From assembly GCA_964449645.1 (NCBI GenBank), contig CAYVBN010000353.1:1-31967 (forward strand): a stretch of 31,967 nucleotides of DNA. The letters run 5' to 3'. Below the pieces are notes generated by a model. It was not told where the DNA came from, made no database searches, and worked only from the letters and a program-made list of their open reading frames with translations. The position numbers were made by a program, and so were the translations under genes. This stretch comes from an uncultured Hyphomicrobiales bacterium (GTDB lineage: Bacteria > Pseudomonadota > Alphaproteobacteria > Rhizobiales > Xanthobacteraceae). Of the stretch, positions 16,286 through 23,509 are shown one piece after another; the stretch's first letter is position 1; every line of letters begins with the position of its first letter.

Positions 16286-16876
16286 ATGGCCGCAAAAAAG
16301 AAGCTCACGCCCCGCCTAGCGCCCCCCGACGAGGAGAAGCTGTCTCCGCGTCAGCGCGAACTCATCGACTCGATCCGTTCCGGCCCGCGCGGCAAGGTCA
16401 ATCTCGGGGGTCCGTTCGGGATCTATCTGCACGCGCCCGACTTCGGCGATCTCGCCCAGAAGCTCGGCGCCTTCTGCCGCTATGGGACGTCGGTCCCGCC
16501 GCGCCTGTCGGAGTTCGCCATCCTGGTGACCGCACGGCTCTGGCGCGCGCAGTACGAATGGTACGTTCACGCGCCGATTGCCGAGAAGGCCGGGGTATCG
16601 GCACGCACCATCAGCGACCTCAAGGCCGGCCGCGCGCCCAAATCCGCGCCCAAGGACGAGCGGGCGATTCACGACTTCATCAAGGAGCTCTACAAGAACC
16701 GCCGCGTCAGCGACCGCACCTATGCGCGCGTGCACGCCATCCTGGGCGACACTGGCATGGTCGAGTTCGCCGGGATTCTCGGCTACTACGCGCTCGTCGC
16801 CATGACCCTCGATGTGTTCCGCATTCCGATCGCCGAAGGGGCGGCCCTGCCCTTTTCCGAACCGAAGTCGGCCTGA
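16286..16876 (+). CDS. Carboxymuconolactone decarboxylase (CMD/AhpD-like) family protein
   Basis: GPF..YLHAP, PPRLSEFAILVTARLWRAQYEWYVHAPIA and GMVEFAGILGYYALVAMTL motifs. ATG follows a GAGG SD. Confidence 0.85.
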   Translation: MAAKKKLTPRLAPPDEEKLSPRQRELIDSIRSGPRGKVNLGGPFGIYLHAPDFGDLAQKLGAFCRYGTSVPPRLSEFAILVTARLWRAQYEWYVHAPIAEKAGVSARTISDLKAGRAPKSAPKDERAIHDFIKELYKNRRVSDRTYARVHAILGDTGMVEFAGILGYYALVAMTLDVFRIPIAEGAALPFSEPKSA

Positions 16877-16881
16877 ACACC

Positions 16882-16912
16882 TCCTCCGTCCGCCCGCCGG
16901 GCGGACGGAGGA
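16882..16912. terminator. 14-bp perfect hairpin between convergent genes (bidirectional terminator/stability element)
   Basis: TCCTCCGTCCGCCC-gcc-GGGCGGACGGAGGA; no U-tract. Confidence 0.6.
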
Positions 16913-16923
16913 TATCGACACGG

Positions 16924-17451
16924 TCAGTGCCCCGGCATGTTGCCCATGCTGCCCATGCCCTGCATGCCGGGTTTGGCGGGCGCCTGCGAGTTCTTCGGAC
17001 TTCCGCCGATCCCCTCGACCTCGTATTCGACGTCGACGCTGCCGGCCTTCTCGAATTTCAGCGTGCCCTTGATGTGCTGCCCTTTCTCGAGCGGCTGTTT
17101 CAAGCCCACGAACATGATGTGGTAGGAGCTGTTCGGCCCGAGCTCGACCGTTTCGCCGGGCTTGATTTCGAGACCGCCGGAGACCGGCCGCATCTTCATG
17201 ACGCCGCCGTCCATCTTCATCTCGTGCACCTCGAAACGCTGGGCGACGGCGGACGTGCCGCCGATCAGGCGATCCGGTTCGGTCCCCGAATTGGTGATCT
17301 TCATATATCCGGCCCCGACGCTTGCACCTTTCGGCGTGGCGCGCGACCAGGGGTGAGCGATTTCCAGAGGCCCGACCTTGTATCCCTGGGCGGATGCTGC
17401 GGTCGCGCCGAGCGCGAGCGCTGCCGCGAGAATCACAGTTGCGAATTTCAT
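16924..17451 (-). CDS. Periplasmic Cu(I) chaperone PCuAC
   Basis: ATG 17451 (MKFATVILAAALALGATAASA). HPWSRATP, GAGYMKITN and HEMKMDGGVMKMR...HIM (H-x-M...M...HxM) motifs, plus a Met-rich tail. Confidence 0.93.
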   Translation of the reverse strand: MKFATVILAAALALGATAASAQGYKVGPLEIAHPWSRATPKGASVGAGYMKITNSGTEPDRLIGGTSAVAQRFEVHEMKMDGGVMKMRPVSGGLEIKPGETVELGPNSSYHIMFVGLKQPLEKGQHIKGTLKFEKAGSVDVEYEVEGIGGSPKNSQAPAKPGMQGMGSMGNMPGH

Positions 17452-17458
17452 GTCGTTC

Positions 17459-17555
17459 GATCCCAATGTGAGCCGCCGTGCGCGGCGGCTGGCCTGAACA
17501 GGAGTTGACGTCTGCTTCAGGCGAGCGCAGGCGGGCCGCGCGCCGCATTGGGCTC
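17459..17555 (-). promoter_or_regulatory. Predicted structured leader junction sequestering the PCuAC ribosome-binding region
   Basis: On the minus strand, GAG-CCCAATG-CGG (17555-43) can pair with TCA-CATTGGG-ATC (17471-59). This encloses GCCTGAA/TTCAGGC and AGCCGCCG/CGGCGGCT hairpins. Confidence 0.5.
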
Positions 17556-17888
17556 CCGGCGTGCGGCCTGTCCAAGCGTCCCGGAGAGCACCTCGGGCCG
17601 CAGGACAGCGGAGTGCGGCGTCCGGACGACCGCGGGCGCTGGAGCGGATACGGGCGCGAGCCCGCCCGCGCACATTGGCATGGGACAGAGAAGGCACGCG
17701 TGTTCGACCGGATGGACGCGCCCAGGCGATCCGTCGGACTGCGGACCGAGGTTCGCGGTGCACAAGATGGTGAGCGCGCCGGGAACGGCCGCTTGCGCCA
17801 TCTGGAACGCCCCCAGCGACACCTGGAGCGCCAGCACGTAACAGAGGGCAAGCGCAACCGCGTTCGAGAGAGGCCGACGGGCTGTCAT
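17517..17888 (-). CDS. DUF2946-family leader protein with C-terminal RGPP motif
   Basis: N-terminal TM/signal (VALALCYVLALQVSLG), LTILC, HACLLCPMPMC and the end NAARGPPALA. It lies 65 nt upstream of PCuAC. Confidence 0.82.
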   Translation of the reverse strand: MTARRPLSNAVALALCYVLALQVSLGAFQMAQAAVPGALTILCTANLGPQSDGSPGRVHPVEHACLLCPMPMCAGGLAPVSAPAPAVVRTPHSAVLRPEVLSGTLGQAARREPNAARGPPALA

Positions 17889-17973
17889 GACGGGCAGCTA
17901 TAGGCGCCTGCGAGGCGATCGTCCATTCGCCGCGGCATGGGGCCTTGCAACAGGCGCAAAGGCGTTCGCAGGA

Positions 17974-19521
17974 TCAGTCCCAGTCCCAAGGAGGATAGCG
18001 CCGCTCGAGTTGGTATTGCTCGAGGAAGCACCAGAAGAACTCCGACAGGGGAGATACGGCGAAGCCCCGCGCCCGGTTGGAAGCGGCGACCAGGTAGAGG
18101 ATCCGCTGGTGCTCGAACGTCCGCCGCCAATTCTTCGTCAGCGACAGCCTGGGATCGAACAGATCGAGAGGATCGCCCCCGATCCCGCCGATTTCCAGGA
18201 TGGTAAAATCCTCCCCGCGCGCCAGCGCATCGAGCGAGCGGAAGCGGAGCTTGAACCGGCCGTAGTGAAACTCCGGCAGGTTGCGGGCGATAGCGTCGAG
18301 CTTCGCCTCGAGCTCCGGGGTCAGGCAGCCGGAGCCGTCCTGCGCAGAGCGGTCGGGCGCATCGTGGAGCACCAGCGCAAGAACCTGCCCGCGCGCTTCG
18401 CCGGGACAGCGCGCGTACAGCACGGTCGCCAATCCGGAGCCGGGCGCGTGCGCCTGCAGCATCAGCTTGCTGCCGGCGGGAAAGGCCGCCAAATAGGCCT
18501 GCAGCGCGGCGCGATCCTCGATGACCCGCACGCAACGGCCGTGCGCGCCCATATCGGGCTTTGCGACCAGCGGAAATGCGATCTGCTCCGTTTCGAGCAA
18601 TTGCAACGCGCGGTCCACGTCGAGCGCAAGCGTGGACGGATCGGCCCGGCGCCGCAGCACGACGAAATCGACGATCGAGCCGCGCATGTCGGCGGGCACC
18701 GCCAGGAGCCGCTCGCTCTTCGAATCCGCCCACAGGCCGCCGACCGGAAGCATCGGATTGGCGGCACTCGGCAGAGTGAAGGAACGATAGGCGACAGCAA
18801 GCCGGATCCAGTAAAACAGGACCGGCAGACGCAGGAGCCATGCAGGAACATGATGATGCGCCGCGAACGCGCCGGGGCTGCCGGAGATCGGACGTGGACT
18901 GTGCAATTTCGCACGGCCGGTCGCGCCCTCATCGTTGTCCGGCGGAGTCCTGTCGGTGAACGCCAGCACGCGTTCGCGCACGAACCCGACCGCCGCGAGC
19001 GCACCGAGCAGCGTCGGCCATGCCCACACGCCGAGGCGGTCGTCGAGCGCATCGCCGAAAACCGTGACCAGATAGAGGATGGGCGGCAGGTAGATCGCCG
19101 AGACCAGGAGGCTGGCCGCCGTGAAGCGGACGAGCGATACGCGCGCCCAGCCGCAGGCCACGAAGGCGACGAACACCAATCCGGGCACCAGCCGGCACAG
19201 GGCGACAAGCTCGAAGACGTTTCGCTTGAGCATATCGCCGAACCGGCAGACACGCTCGTCGACCGCGAGCGTTCGCAGCCAAGGCAAGGAGCGCGCTCCG
19301 GCGCCGACCGCATAGAGCGCGAAGTCGCTCACGACCATGCCGCCGTAAATGCTGCCCACCACCATGCCGGCGGGCATCAGATCGTTGACGATGATGTAGC
19401 CGCCCAGAACGATCGCCAGATCTTCGTGCGCGAACGGTAGCGCAACGAGCGAGACCACCTTGGCGAGCCAGGCAAGGTCGAAGCCCACCAGCTTGTGCAA
19501 CGCGGCCACGAAAGTGCCCAC
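17974..19521 (-). CDS. DedA/VTT membrane domain fused to an ATP-grasp-like domain
   Basis: N-terminal FAHEDLAIVLGG...SDFALYAVG...CRLVPGL (DedA). C-terminal FPLVAKPDMGAHGRCV...GRFKLRF...ILEIGG (ATP-grasp-like). Confidence 0.75.
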   Translation of the reverse strand: MGTFVAALHKLVGFDLAWLAKVVSLVALPFAHEDLAIVLGGYIIVNDLMPAGMVVGSIYGGMVVSDFALYAVGAGARSLPWLRTLAVDERVCRFGDMLKRNVFELVALCRLVPGLVFVAFVACGWARVSLVRFTAASLLVSAIYLPPILYLVTVFGDALDDRLGVWAWPTLLGALAAVGFVRERVLAFTDRTPPDNDEGATGRAKLHSPRPISGSPGAFAAHHHVPAWLLRLPVLFYWIRLAVAYRSFTLPSAANPMLPVGGLWADSKSERLLAVPADMRGSIVDFVVLRRRADPSTLALDVDRALQLLETEQIAFPLVAKPDMGAHGRCVRVIEDRAALQAYLAAFPAGSKLMLQAHAPGSGLATVLYARCPGEARGQVLALVLHDAPDRSAQDGSGCLTPELEAKLDAIARNLPEFHYGRFKLRFRSLDALARGEDFTILEIGGIGGDPLDLFDPRLSLTKNWRRTFEHQRILYLVAASNRARGFAVSPLSEFFWCFLEQYQLERRYPPWDWD

Positions 19522-19946
19522 GTCTCATCCCCTCTGCGACGCGCGTCTCTCACGGCCCACATCAATGGGATGCGCTCCGGCGCTTCGGCCGAATTGCGCG
19601 CGCGGGACGCCGATACCGGAACACTTTACCTCGCCGCTTCATCTTGTCTCAGGGTAATCACCCGGACAAGTACGATGGCGACATTCGGCGGCTCGGCCGG
19701 CGCTAAAAAACGCGGCGAAGATTCGGTAAATGGGGACGAATCGACGTATTCAGAAGGGCCGTGTCTGCTGGTATTTTGGCGGCGCCGCGGCGAATCGCCG
19801 CGCCCGGAAAACGGCCCCCCGAGCCATGCCGGATCGCAGCCATTGGAACATTCCGGCCGCAGGTGCCTTGATGCCACGGGCGGTTGCACGCCGGGTAGTA
19901 AAGTGAATGGTCAATTCGGAGCGGCAATGAGCGCCGCGAGACAAGA

Positions 19947-20279
19947 ATGATGCCCGAGGGCTCGCAAACAACAACCGACAAGGCTGGCCGCGTACTTCCG
20001 TTCACCTCGCGCGCGCAACGCGCCGGCGACCGCATGTCCTCGGTCCATCCGACGCGTTCTCCGGTCGAGGACCTCGACAAGTATGCTCGTGGCCCGATGG
20101 ACGACGATTATCGCCACCGCATGATCACCAACGCCATCGCGTTTGCGGTCGTGGTCGTCCTGATTTTCTGCGGGATATGGCTTGCCGACACAATGGCGCA
20201 GATGCGCAAGAGCCAGGACTGCGTGCTCAGCGGAAAACGCAACTGCGCGCCGATCGAGGTTCCGGTCGAAAGCCGCTGA
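19947..20279 (+). CDS. Small single-pass membrane protein of unknown function
   Basis: DDYRHRM followed by one TM segment (AIAFAVVVVLIFCGIWLA) and a C-terminal DCVLSGKRNC. Confidence 0.7.
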   Translation: MMPEGSQTTTDKAGRVLPFTSRAQRAGDRMSSVHPTRSPVEDLDKYARGPMDDDYRHRMITNAIAFAVVVVLIFCGIWLADTMAQMRKSQDCVLSGKRNCAPIEVPVESR

Positions 20280-20345
20280 GCCTTCGCCTTCCCATGCGGC
20301 CGGACGAGAGACGCCTCGCGCCTCCCGTCCGGACAGTGGATGTCT

Positions 20346-20463
20346 CTAGAGCACGTTCCGATTTGATCGAATCGGAGCGCGCTCCAGGACTTCGTATCAG
20401 GTCGCATTTTCCACGGCGAATTCCACAGCGAACCGGTTCCCGCTTCGCTGGAAAATGCTCTAA
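20346..20463. repeat. Two-hairpin palindromic repeat (copy 2), CTAG...CTA bounded
   Basis: CTAGAGCACGTTCCGAT...ATCGGAGCGCGCTCCA, then GCATTTTCC...GGAAAATGC TCTA. Homologous to 8084-8193, and overlaps the rlpA stop codon. Confidence 0.8.
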
Positions 20464-20834
20464 CCGACGATCTGCAACCTGACAGGCGCGAGACCGGAAA
20501 AGCCGAGCCTCCGCGCACCTGCAGGCGTGAGATCGATGACGCGGCCGCGAACGTAGGGACCGCGATCGTTGATCCGCACCACGACCGAACGGCCGTTCTT
20601 CTCGTTGGTGACGCGCACCCGGGTGCCGAACGGCAGCGTCTTATGGGCCGCAGTCAAGCCGCCCGGGCTTGCCCGCTCGCCGTTCGCCGTCTTCTCCCCC
20701 TTGTAGGCATACACCGACGCCACGCCGGTCATGGCGGAAGATCCTGTCGACCTCGCCTTGTGGCCCGCGAATGCGGACCCGCAACCGGCCATGACGAAGC
20801 ACAACGCGACTATCAGTTTTTTAGATCGAATCAT
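20460..20834 (-). CDS. rlpA: RlpA-family (DPBB) septal ring lytic transglycosylase-like protein, short form
   Basis: GVASVY, TANGE, LTAAHKTLPFGTRVRVTN and VVVRINDRGPYVRGRVIDL motifs. Confidence 0.9.
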   Translation of the reverse strand: MIRSKKLIVALCFVMAGCGSAFAGHKARSTGSSAMTGVASVYAYKGEKTANGERASPGGLTAAHKTLPFGTRVRVTNEKNGRSVVVRINDRGPYVRGRVIDLTPAGARRLGFSGLAPVRLQIVG

Positions 20835-21409
20835 TCCCTCTCGCCGAAGCGGAGCTTCGGCGCCCTTGGTTCGAGCTGAATTGTGGGATCGCGCGAGTCG
20901 CTACCCGTCCACACGCTTTCGCGTGGCGCGCGGAATGCCTGCGTAAATTGTCAGGAATTTGGCCGTTATATTGAATTATTGCGGTCAATGATGGAGCAAA
21001 TGAATGTAGAAGATGAGCAACTCAGCCGCATTTGAAAATCCGGCGCGGTACGCTCTTCTTCTTTATTCCTCGATGTGTTTTGTCGCACCAACGGATCGAG
21101 CCGAATCTTCGACAGAGATCTTTGTACCTGACCTAATCCCTGCGTGCAAAATGCCGATTGGCGGCCTTTCGTTTCGGCCGGAGATGCACAGGCATTACAG
21201 GAGGTGCAGCGCCGGTGTCGCGTCTGCGTTCACCGGCTGACCGACCTCGGCGCGCCCACGCGTCCGCGTCCTCGCCGGTCGCCGAACAACGCCGTGGCGA
21301 TCACATTCTGCCGGGACGAGGCCGGCGGCCGATCCCCTCGACATCGACGTTCGACAATCGGAACAGAGGTTTGCGCCGCATCGTGGATTTCCCACAGCAG
21401 CGCCGCGCC

Positions 21410-21438
21410 ATTGCGCTCGCGTGACCTCTTGGCTATAC
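21410..21438 (+). promoter_or_regulatory. Putative sigma70 promoter of the acpXL cluster
   Basis: ATTGCG-N17-CTATAC resembles the alphaproteobacterial CTTGAC-N17-CTATAT consensus, about 100 nt upstream of acpXL. Confidence 0.4.
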
Positions 21439-21538
21439 GAACGCGCACGATGAGACGGCGGCCGGCTCCGGGGACCGGCCGGGGATGCCAGCGCGATCCG
21501 GCGCGGCTCGAAAATCTCCATCCTTCAGAGAGTTGCCG

Positions 21539-21820
21539 ATGTCTGCGACCTTCGACACCGTGGCCAATATCATCGCCGAGACGTGCGATATCCCGCGCGA
21601 CACGATCAAGCCGGAGAGCCACGCGATCGACGATCTCGGCATCGACAGCCTCGACTTCCTTGATATCGCCTTCGCAATCGACAAGGCCTTCGGCATCAAG
21701 CTGCCGCTCGAGCAATGGACACAGGAAGTCAACGACGGCAAAGCGACGACCGAGCAGTACTTCGTTCTGAAAAACCTCTGCGCGCGCATCGACGAGCTTG
21801 TTGCGGCCAAGGGCGCGTGA
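21539..21820 (+). CDS. acpXL: Specialised acyl carrier protein AcpXL
   Basis: [20 protein letters not shown]...[50 protein letters not shown]. Confidence 0.95.
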   Translation: MSATFDTVANIIAETCDIPRDTIKPESHAIDDLGIDSLDFLDIAFAIDKAFGIKLPLEQWTQEVNDGKATTEQYFVLKNLCARIDELVAAKGA

Positions 21821-21835
21821 GCTGACGCGGCTTGC

Positions 21836-22312
21836 ATGCGCATCGAGTATTTCCAGCTCATCGATCGCATCGCCGAAATCGACGTTGATGCCCGGCGCAT
21901 CCGCGCCATCGCGACCGTTCCGCAGACCAGCACGATTTTCGAGGGCCACTTCCCCGGCCATCCGTTGATGCCTGGCGTCCTGCTCATCGAGACGATGGCG
22001 CAGACGTCCGGCTGGCTGGTGATCGGGCTGACGCGGTTCGAGCGGATGCCGTTCCTTGCCGCCGTCAAGGAGGCGAAGTTCCGCCGCTTCGTCACGCCGG
22101 GCGAAGTGCTGTCGGTCGAGGCCGAGCTGGTGCACGACGGGTCCGGATTTGCGGTGACGCACGCCCGGATCGTCGCCAACGGAGAGAAGCCCGTTTGCGA
22201 AGCGGAAATCCGGCTGCGGGTCATGCCGTTTCCCAATCCGGACTTCCGTAGCGGCATGCTGGACTACGCCCGACGGCTGCAATTCCCGCTCGGAGCGACG
22301 GCCGATGGCTGA
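21836..22312 (+). CDS. fabZXL: 3-hydroxyacyl-ACP dehydratase of the VLCFA cluster
   Basis: FQLIDRI and FEGHFPGHPLMPGVLLIETMAQ motifs, in the position after acpXL. Confidence 0.9.
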   Translation: MRIEYFQLIDRIAEIDVDARRIRAIATVPQTSTIFEGHFPGHPLMPGVLLIETMAQTSGWLVIGLTRFERMPFLAAVKEAKFRRFVTPGEVLSVEAELVHDGSGFAVTHARIVANGEKPVCEAEIRLRVMPFPNPDFRSGMLDYARRLQFPLGATADG

Positions 22313-23498
22313 CATGGCACGCGAGGCTTGGATCACCGGCATCGGCATTCTGTCCTGCCTCGGCGAAGGGCCGGAGGCGCACTGGCAAGGGCTGATGGAC
22401 GGCAAGCCGCACGTCGACGTGGACACGTTCGCGCCGTGCATCGTCCATCCGCTGCCGACGGTCGATTTCGACAAGCAGATCCCCAAGAAGGGCGATCAGC
22501 GCCAGATGGAGCCCTGGCAGCGGATCGGTACCTATGCGGCCGGCCTCGCGCTCGACAGTGCCGGCGTCAAGGGCCAGGCCGAACTGCTCGCCCGCATGGA
22601 CATGATCGTCGCCGCCGGCGGCGGTGAGCGGGACGTGACGGTCGACGCGGCGATCCTCAGCGGGATGCCGAAGGCCGACAATCCGGACCGGTTCCTCAAC
22701 GAGCGGCTGATGAACGATCTGCGCCCGACGCTGTTCCTGGCGCAGCTTTCGAACCTGCTCGCCGGCAACATCTCGATCGTGCACGGCGTGACGGGCTCCT
22801 CGCGCACGTTCATGGGCGAGGAAGCCGCCGGCTTCGACGCCGTGCGCATCTCCCTCACGCGCATCCTCGCCGGCCAGAGCGACATCGCGCTCGTCGGCGG
22901 CGCTCACAACGGCGAGCGCAAGGACATGCAGATGCTCTACGAGTTCGGCGGGTTCAACCTGAAGGGCGCGTTCCGTCCGGTCTGGGAGCGCGCGCCGCAG
23001 GGCGGCTTTGCGCTCGGATCACTGGGCGCCTTCCTGGTGATCGAGGATCGCGCACATGCCGAGGCCCGCGGGGCGAAGCCGTACGCACGCCTCTGTTCGA
23101 TCGCGACCGAGCGGTCGCACCGTCAGCCGGGAGCGGTCACGGCCGCGCTGCAGAGCCTCTGGGAGAAGATCGCCGGACGGCTGCAGCCCGGACGATGCGC
23201 CATCATTTCCGGCGCGACGGGCGCCGAGCCCGCAACGACCGAGGAGCGGGATTTCCTGCGCCAGCATCCGGATATCCCGGTGCGCGCTACCGGCACGCTG
23301 CTCGGGCACGGACCGGAACCGCAATTCGCGATGAACATCGCCATTGCGGCGCTCGCGGTGAGCCGGGGTAAACTGTTCCCGCCGCAGGACGGCTCGGGGC
23401 TCGAGCAGCCGATGGATGGGCCGATCACCCAGGCCGTGGTGACAGGCGTGGGACATTGGCGCGGTGAAGGCATGGCCCTCGTCGAAGCCGTGCATTGA
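22305..23498 (+). CDS. fabF2XL: Beta-ketoacyl-ACP synthase-like protein lacking the catalytic Cys
   Basis: WITGIG, KKGDQRQMEPWQRIGTYAAGLAL and RPTLFLAQLSNLLAGNISI motifs. TFMGEEAAG stands where active synthases have TACASG. Confidence 0.88.
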   Translation: MADMAREAWITGIGILSCLGEGPEAHWQGLMDGKPHVDVDTFAPCIVHPLPTVDFDKQIPKKGDQRQMEPWQRIGTYAAGLALDSAGVKGQAELLARMDMIVAAGGGERDVTVDAAILSGMPKADNPDRFLNERLMNDLRPTLFLAQLSNLLAGNISIVHGVTGSSRTFMGEEAAGFDAVRISLTRILAGQSDIALVGGAHNGERKDMQMLYEFGGFNLKGAFRPVWERAPQGGFALGSLGAFLVIEDRAHAEARGAKPYARLCSIATERSHRQPGAVTAALQSLWEKIAGRLQPGRCAIISGATGAEPATTEERDFLRQHPDIPVRATGTLLGHGPEPQFAMNIAIAALAVSRGKLFPPQDGSGLEQPMDGPITQAVVTGVGHWRGEGMALVEAVH

Positions 23499-23509
23499 GG
23501 AGAACACCT

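Noticed and set aside
20970-21035. ATTGA-N10-TCAAT as an FNR/FixK box, and a 15-aa ORF MMEQMNVEDEQLSRI
   Set aside because: The spacing is wrong for FNR/FixK (TTGAT-N4-ATCAA). The mini-ORF has no SD or other support.
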